A DNA stretch of 64,000 nt from Octopus sinensis (Eukaryota), in the NCBI RefSeq assembly GCF_006345805.1, contig NC_043016.1, positions 23,312,001 through 23,376,000 of the forward strand, written 5' to 3'. This document shows, in pieces, positions 49,559 through 61,639 of this stretch. Both the position numbers and the translations under genes were made by a program. Every line of letters begins with the position of its first letter. Position 1 is the first letter of the stretch. The notes under the pieces were generated by a model. It searched no databases. It worked only from the letters and a program-made list of their open reading frames with translations, and was not told the origin of the DNA.

Positions 49559-52500
49559 AGAATTTTATGCTGAGATTTTTGATTTCTAACATGACAACTA
49601 TTGTGTGAGTAAAAGTTTGTTCTCAGCATTTATTTGACTACCATAACAGTGCCAAGTAATAAGAAGTACCAATAACCTACAGTTTCAATTTTTCATAAAC
49701 AAACCTTCACTTCAAAAGTAGTCCCTACTTTAAGTGCTTTGTTAACGGTTACTTCTCTGATTGGTCACTTTGAAGTGACTTGGTCTTCTCTGTGGAGCTA
49801 AGAAATATTTCAAGTATCGCCAAGGAAATGATTAGCGACCGAGACTTTTGGAAATATGCTGTGCTTGAGAAGACCCGGCAAGCCAAATGAGACCATAACC
49901 TGTGGCCTATGAAATGAGACCATAACTTGTGGCCTATGCCAGGAGCGTAACCAGCCTGCTTATGTGTACCTTTTCCTTCTTTGGCCACTAAACTCTGCTT
50001 GCAAAGACCTGTTGAGGCAAGTGAAATCAATCAAAATCAAATTCAACGACTAGCATCCGTGCTAGCAGGGTGCAAAGAGCACCATCCGAGTGTGATCGTT
50101 GCCAGAGAAGCCAACTGGCTCCATGCAGGTGGCACGTAAAAGGGCACCATTTGAGCGTGATCATTACCAACGATGCCTTACTGGCACCTGTGCTGGTGAC
50201 ATGTGTAAAAAGATTCGAGCGAGGTCATTGCCAGTATCCTTGACTGGCCTTGTGCCGGTGGCACGTAAAAAGCACCCACTACACTCTCAGAGTGGTTGGC
50301 GTTATGAAGGGTATCAAGCTGTAAAAACTCTGCCAGATCAAGATTGGAGCCTGGTGTGGCTGTCTGGTTTGCCAGCCCTCAGTCAAAATCGTCCAACCTA
50401 TGCTAGCATGGACGTTAAACGATGATGATGATGATGATGATGAAATATAAAATAGAGTTCTTCCTGAAATATAGGGCTTGTCCTCATGGCATTTAAACTT
50501 GTGTCCAAATGAATTTTAGTTATTTTTTTTTTCAATGAGACCCTACCAACCAGTTTTTCTTATCATTTTCTTTATAAAGTTAGGTGGATAGACTCTGTCC
50601 GGGACCACTTACAATCTCTTTGAAACTAGTGGAAGTTATCCTCAAAATTTCAACCTGACCTAGATACTTGTAACAAAGTGGGCTCCACTAAAAGCATCTT
50701 AGGTAACAGGTGGTGTTAAGTTAAATGACAGAGCAAGGCCTACCACACAAAAAGGCCAATGTACGGTTTGAATTCAGAATGTAAAGAGCTGGGGCACATA
50801 CTGTCAGATATTCTGATTGTTCTGCCTATTCACTGCTCAAGATTGGCACTTTTTTCAATGACCCTAGAAGGATGAAAAGAAAGATTGACCTCAGCAGGAT
50901 TTGAACTCTGAATGTCGTGAATCAGAACAAACACTGTGAAGTACTCTATTCAATGTACTAATAACTCTGCTAATTTGCCACTAATGCTAATGTGTCAAAT
51001 TTTACCATATGAGTGAGATTTTTGCCAGAGCAACAAGCTGGCCTCCATGCCAATGGAACATTAAAAAACACCATTCAAGCATGATCGTTACCTGCGTTGC
51101 CTTACTAGCACCTGTGCTGGCGGCACGTGAAAAACATTCGAAGCGAGGTCATTGCCAGTGCCGCTAGACTGGCTCCTGTGCAGGTAGCACATAAAAAGCA
51201 CCATCTGAGCATGGCCGTTGCCAGTACCGCCTGACTGGCCCTCGTACTGGTGGCACGTAAAAGCACCCACTATACTCTCAGAGTGGTTGTCGTTAGGAAG
51301 GGCATCCAGCTGTAGAAACTCTGCCAGATCAGATTGGAGTCTGGTGCAGCCATCTGATTCGCCAGACCTCAGTCAAATCGTCCAACCCATGCTAGCATGG
51401 AAAGCAGACGTTAAACGATGATGATGATGAGGAGGAGGAGGAGGAGGAGAAACATTTAGTTTTGGAATTACAATTTTAATATTTCCACTAAAGACTATTA
51501 CAAACAGAAGTAAGTTCTGGCTATGAGTTTTATATAGGTGACACTGACAGTTATATAAACTGAAAAATATCTCTAGCTGTGACATGTTAGAGAGTCATCA
51601 ATGGTTCAAAACAAAGAAAAAGCACGTCTCTAAAGCTACAATTGTTTAACCTGTTTATTGTATAAATGTTTTGAGATGGAAAACTAAGGTTTGAAGTTAA
51701 CTAAACTTTTACATTGTCTGGATAACATTTAACATTATAATGGTCAGAATTAGAAGAGGATAACTGTTAGATGAAGTCTTTAAATGGAGCAAATATGTTG
51801 AGAAGCAAGAAAATCTAGTTGACTACAATTGTAAAATATCTCAGCTAGCCATGTATGGTACCTATTCATTTTGGCTTTTAACATTATGAATGGATTAAAA
51901 AAAGAAAACAGAATAACTTTAGAGACCCAAGTGTAAATTGTATGTGTGTGTGTAGTGGTGGTGGTGGTGGGGGGAGGGTTTAGTGGACTCAATTTGTTAC
52001 CAATTTTTGAAACAAGACTTGGCCATTTAGTGCCTTTAGGGGAATCAGTCCATTTCTGCATGTAGGACTTGGAGTAAATCTCAGGTCTGAGGATACACCT
52101 GCCTACCAATTAAAGTGGCCCCATACTAGCTCAAAAGTGCAGCCTTTCCTTTTCTGACTGTATTACAAGGAAAACACACACACACGAAATTGCACAACCT
52201 TTGTTTTCCATTCCTCAACCTATGGTACCAGAGACATTTAAAGAGAATAACTCCAAAGAACGATTTATTTAACTTCATAGAAGAGGAATTTTTGGAAAAG
52301 TTTTTCTTGAGTTTTCTTTTCAAAATAATTTTCTTGGGTATGAATAGCACGTAGAGCATGGCTTTGGAACCAGCAGTAATCCATATGATAAGTTAACTAT
52401 TATTGCTTTATAATGCCAAATACATTACATTTCTACATCAATAATTGCTATTTTAAAAATATTTTTTAACTAGAGAGGCCCTGGCCTTAAATAATGACAG

Positions 52501-52599
52501 AAGGTTTAACTCTATCAGCCTATTTTCCCCGTATCTGTCATAATAAATATGTTAACATATCTGGCCTAAATAATATGTTTAAGTTTTTTTTTGTCTACA

Positions 52600-52920
52600 C
52601 CAGCTATAGAGAATGCCATAAATGTGAGCCCAAGTGGAAAACTCAGTCATACTCAATCTTTCTGAGTGTGGATAGCCGAAGAGACATCGGTTGTGTCGGC
52701 CAACAAAAACGATTTAAGGATATTTCTTGGCATATTCGGTGCTTTTGTAGTAGCATGTCTCTACACTGGAAGCTTCGATGACTGGGAGTTGATAAACAGA
52801 CTCTGTCGGTTTCCTGTAGAATTTCTGGGAATTCATCCAATTGTCTTGATGTTGCTTGGTTGTTCGTGTAGCGAGGAAATGAAGATACATTTCGTTGATT
52901 GAGTGAAGCAAATCCACGAA
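52600..52920. mobile_element. Decayed RTE LINE fragment with internal inversion
   Basis: Minus strand 52920-52720 gives KQH.RQLDEF..QKFYRK...ASSVET.MLLQKH. Plus strand 52600-52715 gives IFLS..SRRDIG..GQQKRFKD. Confidence 0.45.
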
Positions 52921-52949
52921 CATTTAATTCAAATATTTATTGCTGGTCA

Positions 52950-53300
52950 GGCTGGGATAGAGGGGAAAACCGCGCTGCGACCATAGAAGTTACTTCTGAG
53001 ATGTTGTGTGAATGTTCAGAATGGGTCTGTCCGAGAACCTAGAATTATCTGCGTAAATATTCGGAACCATCCGTATCGGCAAGAGTAGAGGCGATCAGCC
53101 AGCTAACCGCTTTCAACACTTAGCCATTAATCGAACGGCAAAACGGTCTTTTACAGGAGACAAGAACATTTGAAAAGATCATATCACAACACAGCCTCAC
53201 GCTGATTGGTCGAGTGTGAAACCGTTTGCGTGAAACTATGGTTGTTCGTCCGTGGTCTCAGACCAATTATCTAGTGGTTAGTTTTTCAAATCACCACTAC
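52950..53300. promoter_or_regulatory. CpG-rich non-repetitive segment with two CCAAT boxes
   Basis: CTGATTGGTC (about 53202) and GACCAAT (about 53261); CpGs are retained, unlike the flanks. Confidence 0.35.
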
Positions 53301-54054
53301 ACAATGATCGTATGCTACATCTCTCTGGTATACATTCCTTTAAGGTATTATCGTCTGGTGATTCTATGAGTGATATGTTGATTTGGGAGATAATAGAAAA
53401 GAAAAATTCTTTTGTTAAAAGATGTAATAGTTTTGTAGAATATATAGATCCTATTTGAGCGTTAGCAGCTGTAAATAATTTATTTAGCTTTATTTTTACT
53501 TAAGTAGAATTGTCTTTCTTAATTCTGACGAATATGTAGTAATCATGTCATATATAATATACCTATTTCCTGTTTTTATTGACTTTTGTAATATAATCGT
53601 CTTTATCTGTAATTAAGAAGACAAGTTCTTTTTGTTCTTTTTGGTTATTAAATGCATACATTAGAATAATAAAAAATAAAACTTTATTAGAATGATAAAA
53701 AAATCTCATAAAAGTGAACACAATACTATATAATCGAACTACACACTCATAGCAAGAATATATTACAAAACCATCAGAGTGGACACAGGAACGTTATTGT
53801 TCCAAACTAAACATAAAAGATTAATTTGGAAACACGATAAAATATTTTAAAAGAACAACGCATGAATCCATCGTGTGGTTCATACACACACACACACGCA
53901 CACACACACACACTCACGCACACTCACACACATTACACACACTCACACATTTAATTTTTATTGGGTAGAAAGTTACAAAAATGACTCAAAGCACGGCATT
54001 AGTGCCGTACGCAAAACTCTCGACCTATGAGTCATTAAATAAACACAAATACTC

Positions 54055-54130
<76 letters not shown>

Positions 54131-54291
54131 CAATATTAGGGTAGCAAAAAATCAATAGAAATTATTTTGCCAACAGCGGTGGTAAATTTAAAAAAAAAAT
54201 TTTCCTCTGATTCCGGAATTACTACTATTTGCGGTTGGAGCCCTGGCTGCTATTTCTAGTGGGTCGCGGCCTATTATAGCCGTTCCTCAAT

Positions 54292-55533
54292 TGTTGTTGA
54301 AGTTATATATGTAGTGAGTGCGCGATTTGAATATAGAGGCACCTACCTTCTCTTCGTAGTGACGGAGACCCTCCAGTGATGACTAGTCCTTCCTCACAGC
54401 CCCGACCCGAACACTAACGATAGCAGCTGCTAGCCCAAACCCTTAGCGACGTCCTCACACGTCTTGTCACCTGCACGACCCACGCTGGAAAGGGCAATTT
54501 CCGCTCCCTGCGCACGCCTGACAGCTGACCCCTTCCGCTTGCCCCAGCTTCCGGTCAACGCACCCGCTGCTGACGTCCAGCTGCTGACGTCATCCCACAC
54601 GCCACCCTGATCTTAAAGATCACAATCTCTCCGCTCCATGTTGTAGTCCACCATCCACCGGGAGAGCGCCTTGCTCGTCGAGATCTTCTCAAGCTGGGCT
54701 CCTCGTTCTCTCCTCTCCAGATCATCGTCCGTCGAAGCAACAATCTTGCGAAGGTCCAAGACGTGTCGTGGTGTTCCATCTACGGATACGTTGCTTCTGG
54801 AATGATCGCCGTCACCGTTCCTCTGCTCCATTGAGACGTACAGCGCGCCTTTGGGTGGCTTGACCCAGACTTCCTCCCCTATTTTCACGCGAACGGGTCC
54901 CTTCTCTTCCTCGTGACCCTCCGGCGCTTTGCTCGGGTGCCTCATTCATATTTGAACACAGCTCTCTGCGGCACAGATTCCTCAGTTGTCCGGATCGGGG
55001 AGACAAGTGGTACCAAAAAACTGCTTCAAGCGGCGAAATGTGCCCTCTTTCCGCTATGGCCTTGTTGGTGGCCTTGACTGTCCGATGGTGCCTCTCCACG
55101 ATCCGTTCCGCTCGGCCTATACGCTGCTCTGAACAAGCGTCGCACATTCCACCGATCAAGCATAACCCTCAATGCTTCCGAACGAAACGCCGCCCCGTTG
55201 TCCATCAGTAGTTCTTCCACGGGACCTCTCTCTAAAAATATCCCGTTCAGGATCTGCACGATCTCGTCAGCAATGCCCGATCTCAACTCCCTCCAAATGG
55301 CCAGCCGGCCCGGCCCACAGTCGACCATGGAGAGGTACATTCGCTGACGGTAGGTGTCACATCCACAGCTAGCCTTTTCCAGTTCTGCTCCACGGAAGGC
55401 TTCCCTGTTCATGCCCACACGGAGCAGGGTCGATGGACTGACACCTGTCGCAGCTCCCGACCACCTCCGGACGCTTCACCTAGTGACGTCAGCATCATTT
55501 TTTTTTTGCAGATACAGGGTCCTGCCCACACCC
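54292..55533 (-). mobile_element. Gypsy-type LTR retrotransposon 3' portion (integrase plus 3' LTR), cut by a gap
   Basis: Zn-finger CDRCQ; integrase core LSMVDCGPGR...LLMDNGAAFRS...RAAYRPSG...ERHHRTVK. A PPT-like AAGATCAGGGTGGCG abuts a TGT...ACA LTR at 54599-54292. Confidence 0.88.
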
Positions 55534-55633
55534 NNNNNNNNNNNNNNNNNNNNNNNNNNNNNNNNNNNNNNNNNNNNNNNNNNNNNNNNNNNNNNNNNNN
55601 NNNNNNNNNNNNNNNNNNNNNNNNNNNNNNNNN
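55534..55633. other. Assembly gap (100 N)
   Basis: Run of N. Confidence 1.
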
Positions 55634-57405
55634 TGTGTGGTGTTGTGTGTGATCATACATCACACTGTCTTTTGCCTTCAATGCTTGTTTCTATCTTACA
55701 CAAGTGCACACACTTGTAGACACATTCTCAGAACCCCTCTCCCAATCTTTCTCTCTTAAATCCTGCAACCACCACTCTCTCTCTCTCTCTCTCTGAAATC
55801 AGAACACCCTTTCTGACATAATAATACATTTATTAATGAAAGAAAGCATATACGGCAAAATGAAGTGGAATCAATACAAGTGATAGGAACCTTTTTAAAA
55901 CACAATCAGATATTACACAGATAAATAAATAAAACAGAAAGTTAGCAGTTGGAGGAATGAGTGAAGAGTGGTAGAACAGGGCAAGGGGGATGGGCAGGGA
56001 ATAAAAGCACAGGAGGTATACAGACTGATCAATAGTTATTGGTCAACAAAAAGCTTTTCATGATGGAAATGTCCCATCATCTAGTCACAAGAGCCAATCA
56101 ATAATCCTTACATAAAGCTAACAACCTCAGATGACAAAGGTAACTAGTTGTATTCTTTGAGGTGAATACAACAATCACTGGAAGTTAGAATACACTGACT
56201 CTTCTTCAACAGTCTAGATTTGGTCAAGTGTTCTTGAGAGTACCAAGAAGATGGGAGCCATTAGCAAAGATGGTGGTGATAGGAGAATGGTGGTGGTGGC
56301 AATCATATTCACCTAGACAAGAGGGAAATGTAGTAAAGTCACAGTTAAGTCAGCGTCTCGGGTATTGAAACAAGCTGATTCCAATCATGCACAGTACTAC
56401 CAATGCTACTAGCAATACCATCAAAACAACAGCAAGAACAAGAGGAGGAGGAGGGGCCTTTACACCGTCATTCAATTTGTTAGAAATAACAGCCAAATCA
56501 CCTTAAAAATCAAATGCTTCCATCTTTATTTTTTTATTAGTTTGACACTGGAGAAAATAGCTGTGCCTGTGGCTTTGACTGGACTCGAGCCTAATGAGAG
56601 TGTTGCAGTTAATTGAACTGATACAAGTTGCTGGCTGCAGGAACACGGGCAAGAGGGAATGCCAGGGAAATAGACAAAATGTTCTTAGAAGAAAGGATTG
56701 GGCATGAAACTGACCAGCATTGAAGAAAAAAAGGACATTGTTGGAACGGTAGAAGACTGAAGAGGAAATAACACATCTGTGAGACAGAGGCAGGGGTGCC
56801 AATCAGTTGGGTGGTCTTAGATAATGAAGAATTCATAGGATTACATAATCATAAATGCCCTTAAAATGGTTAGGATGGCTATGGTTGGGGAGGATTTTGA
56901 TCAAATGTCCTTTCTTGATCAGATACCACTTTGAATTAGATAAGATTCCCAGGTTTAATACAAAATTTCATGTTGGCTTTTTGTTCCTGTCCATGTCAAA
57001 AATCGCAGACTACAGCATACATGTGATCACAAAAACACAAATTTCACAACTTGCAAAGTAAACATAGTGGTGTCACTCAGCACACTGCCTCATGAAGGTC
57101 ACTGCTACCTCTCATTGTGCTGTCATCTGTTAGCATGCTACAAAACTAGTCTGAAAACTTTTTGATATATATACACTCTTTTACTTGTTTCAGTCACTTC
57201 ACTGTGGCCATGCTGGAGCACCACCTTTAGTTGAGCAAATCAACCCCAGGACTTATTCTTTGAAAGCCTAGTACTTATTCTATCGGTCTCTTTTTGCCAA
57301 ACCGCTAAGTTACAGGGATGTAAGCACACCAGCATTGGTTGTCAAGCGTTGTTGGGGAGACAAACACACACACAAACATATACGCACACACAAATACACA
57401 CACAC

Positions 57406-57444
<39 letters not shown>

Positions 57445-58099
57445 TAAATGGGCTTCTTTCAGTTTCTCTCTACCAAATCCACTCACAAGGCTTTGGTTGG
57501 CCTGAGGCTATAGTAGAAGACACTTGCCCAAAGTACCACGCAGTGGGACTGAACCTGGAACCATGTGGTTGGTAAACAAGCTACTTACCACACAGCCACT
57601 CTTACGCATATATACAAACTTCCACGTATAAAGCAGAGGAGATTCTAAAATAATTCATGTTGCAAGGATTATAATCCTTGCAATTTGAATTATGACTGGT
57701 GCTAAAAAATAACTGCTACTTTTTTCACTACCAGAAAATTGAGACCCCCTGACGCTCATTTCCCTATCACACATGTATCTTATCAGTATCAGTCATATTT
57801 CTCAATATTTAATGAATTTCACTCTGTACAGGAGTTGGCAGCTGAACCAAGACATGGGGTTGTGAGGGCCCTTTACACTTTTTGAGGACCTGATTCCTCT
57901 CTAATGCTGATGTCAACAAAAAGTACCTAGTATATGCTGTAGTGGTAGATGTTAGGAAGGGTATCCAGCTATAGAGATTAAGTAAAACATGAGACATTGG
58001 TTCATCTAGGTGGCTAATCACCTTGAATATTTGCTGATTCTAACCATGGTGACCTGTCCAACCCATGCTGATATGGAAAGTGGATTTAAAATTGGGAGG

Positions 58100-59500
58100 A
58101 TTATGAATATTACTTTCAATAAAGTATGACTTTCAAATAAAATACTTTTGTGCATGGATACAAAAATCACACACACTTTTACGACACTTGTGAAGGGATT
58201 CTTAGAAGAAAAGAACTCAATTTCCAATCTGGGCTATTTTCAATCAAAGTTTCAAAAGTTATTTAAAAGAAGATCAGGAAAAATTCTTCAGTGACTGTTT
58301 TACATTGTGGAACAGAAATATGAACAATTTTACAAGGATACAAGAATTAAACAATAAAATCAAGAATTGAGCAAATTTACAATTAAAATGCTTGAGGAAG
58401 AACTTCCATTTTTGGACATTCTGATAACTAAGGAAAATGAGATTATTAGAACTGATTTCTGCTACAAAGAAATGGATACATACCAATTCTTAGACTATAA
58501 ACTTTAACATCCAACCTATACTAAAAGAAGTATCCTATTTAATACAGCATGATGTATATGTATAGCGTGGTCCAAAATTTAAGCTACCACTAAATATCTT
58601 TGTAAAATGGTAGAGTGAATTTTGGGCCACCCTGAGCAATAGTTACAGATTCAACTTCTTTCAGAGACAAAAATATCCAAAACAAAACTTAATAAATAAT
58701 GCAATAACTAAGGAAAAATAAATCCCAATGCCTCACATAGAAACTCTTACCATGAGAAGGAAGACATAAACAGGAATACTGTTTTAGGTCACCCTTAAAA
58801 ACAGATGTCACAACATCTGAGATTCTGCAAAATGGTATCTTCCAATTCTGTTATACTCATCAAATCTATGATAAATGAAACTAATAAAGAGTTATGAATC
58901 GGTAATATGTGAAGACAACTTTTCTCCCAATGTTAAAGGGTTCTTAATAAAGGCTAGATTTTACCTCAGGTAAAGAAATTATATGCATTACAAAATATAA
59001 TGACCAACATTGTGAAATGTGTGGTTTGACTAAACAGGGTAAAATTAAAAGTTCAAGAACGCGAAAAGAGTTTAAGATTAAAGCAAAAAACGAACTATAA
59101 AAACAAAAATTAATTCAATGCATTACAAGTTCACAATGCAATGAGAACTATATCGGTGAAACGGAGAAAGAAAACATGAGACATAAATCAGGGATCCATC
59201 TGTTAGGAGCATTGCATGTTGTGAACATTCAGACGTTCATGCAAATTCTAAAATATTTCCTTCTTTTCAAAGAAAAAGTTAGAAAAAAAAAGAAAAGAAC
59301 AATTGCTAAAAGTAAAAGAATGTTTTATAAAAATTTTCTGCCTAAAACAAAACAGAAAATACAATTATTACTAAACAGAATCACTATAAGCGTAACATTG
59401 AGAAGTTGGGATTATGCTATATGTCTGATGAGACTAATGATGGTCAAAAGCAATTACACAAGAATTTTCATATCTTCCATCAGGTCTAGATTTGCTTCTT
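58100..59500 (+). mobile_element. Decayed Penelope-like element (RT, GIY-YIG, degenerate 3' hammerhead)
   Basis: KFTIKMLEEELPFLDILITKENEIIRTDFCYKEMDTYQFLDY (PLE RT) and CNENYIGET (GIY-YIG); CTGATGA GAC...GTC AAAA at 59425-59449. Confidence 0.8.
58563..58634. mobile_element. 72-bp Tc1/mariner-type mini-MITE inside the Penelope RT
   Basis: TAGCGTGGTCCAAAATT versus AATTTTGGGCCACCCTG terminal inverted repeats. Confidence 0.55.
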
Positions 59501-59746
59501 TCTAAAAATTATTTTTACAGATAAAGTTTTAAAGAAATTCTTTTCAAATATCAAGACTATATCAAGAACTCTTAAATTTTAAAAATGTGTATGAGTGTGT
59601 GTGTGTGTGCATTTCACATAAACATGAATATGTAAGAAGCTAACTCTTCAAAAAGAATGAGAAAGGAAATGTTTACATGGATTAATGTGTGTGTGTGTGA
59701 GTGTATGTGTTGAGTAACCTACAAAATGCTGGAAAAGAGAGAGAGA

Positions 59747-59785
<39 letters not shown>

Positions 59786-60334
59786 AATATAAACACATTA
59801 AATGCAAAGTTGATTAAAATATATAAATATATTTTTAAAATAAATATATTTCCTATTTTTGCATTCTTCATGTATGTCGAAACATGTACCTTGAGAGACT
59901 CATTTCTACTAAGAACCACATGCAGTGTCTTTTCACTTCTTTTTGTTACTTCTAGTCAACTAACATACCAATTAACAAATTAACTAACTGATAGCTTGAA
60001 TAATCACTCAATCAATCAATCAATCAGCAGGTTCGTCCAAGAACTTTCATTTCATATATTATAACGATATTTCATTATCTCTCTTCCAATATATATAAGT
60101 ATGATAAGCATGTTTAGTGTCATTATTGACAGCTAAGTTACGCTGGTACATATATAATGATATGTTCTTGCTTAAAGAACAGAAAAACTATAACTGAAAA
60201 AAATTACTACATACATAGAGTGCATAGATTTATTTATTGAAACAATGGCTCATAGAAAACTAATTGTGTTTCTTTCACTTTAGAACACATGGAATAGTAT
60301 TAGGATAAAAAAGGCATTGGGTACATATATATAT

Positions 60335-61203
60335 ACACACGGCATAATGGGTAAATTGTTGCCATTTTATATTTTTAATTTCACACATGCACATTGCTTT
60401 TGATTTTGTCAACTACACAGTATAGTAGGGTTAGTTGGGCACTGTTTGAGAAAAAAGCACTATGATGCAATTTACGCCGCTAGAAATTTGGAAATGACAT
60501 GCTGTACTGCTTGGCATTCATGTTGGAAGGTTCAATATGAATATTCCAGAGTGATTGGTTGTCAATCTGAGGACAGGTACCGAGAATGATAAAAATCAAA
60601 CATCCAGTCAACATCATGGTGTTTGGAGTGATCACTAATGATGGCGATTTATACCTCTATTCATCTTCCCACACAACTTCAAACTCAATATGGAGGCCTA
60701 TATCAAGTGCCTGGAGGAGGTAGTGCTGCACTGATTCAAGAGGGTGGCTGCTGGAAGACCCTATGTCTAGTAACAGGACTCTGCACCATGTCACATATGC
60801 AGGGGAACCCAATCATGGCTGTCAGACAATTTCTGTGACCATACCACCCCTAACATCTGGCCACCTAACTCCCCAGACTGCAATCCCCTTGGTTATTATG
60901 TGTGGGGTGCAGTTGAGTGAGAGACCATCAAAACTCCTTGTAACACACCACAGATGAACTGAAGGCAAGGATTATGGCATCATGCACCAACTTAAACAAG
61001 AGACCATCCAGAAGAGTTGCAGGAGATCCTGGAGTCATCTGGAGGATGTGGTTGAAGCCAATGGCGATTTTATTGAATAAATTTACTGTTTAGTATCTCA
61101 AGATATTTTTATGTAATTTTGGTAAATATATCTGTTAAAATGAGATGTTAGTGCTATTTTCATTTTTGTGTAATTTAGACAACAGTTTATTCACCACACC
61201 CTG
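60335..61203 (+). mobile_element. Internally deleted DD37D (maT) element, same family as 22302-23591
   Basis: TIR-like ends ...GGGTAAATTGTTGCC and ACAGTTTATTCACCACACCCTG-TA. Remnants VMVFGVITNDG, QQDSAPCH, WPPNSPDCNPL. Confidence 0.8.
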
Positions 61204-61508
61204 TATATAAATATATGTACCCAAAGTGACACATAAAAGGCACATGTGTCACTGACATGTAAAAGGCATCCATACTGCTGACATGTAAAAGGCATCCATA
61301 CTGCTGACATGTGAAAGGCACCTGTGCCACTGACACATAAAAGACACCAAGTACACACTGTAAAGTGGTTAACATTTGGGAGGGCATCCTGCTATAGCAA
61401 CCAGACCAAAACAGACAACTGGAGCCTGGTAGAGTTCTTCAGCTTACCAGCTCTGGTCAAAACATCTAACCCATGACAGTATGGAATACAGACATTAAAT
61501 AATGATGA

Positions 61509-61558
<50 letters not shown>

Positions 61559-61639
61559 TCACATATATATAATGTTTAGCAGAAGCAACATAGTGACTCA
61601 AGGGCCAATAGGTCACTAAGTAACTTGCAAGACAAGGAA

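Noticed and set aside
52643-52923. ORFs suggesting a first coding exon of an antisense gene
   Set aside because: Frameshifted RTE motifs (RQLDEF, SVETMLLQ, GQQKRFKD) explain them better, and the phases do not join the 52270-52400 segment.
38170-61340. Short tandem units (38170-38410, 61215-61340) resembling CRISPR arrays
   Set aside because: Eukaryotic context, degenerate units without unique spacers, no cas genes.
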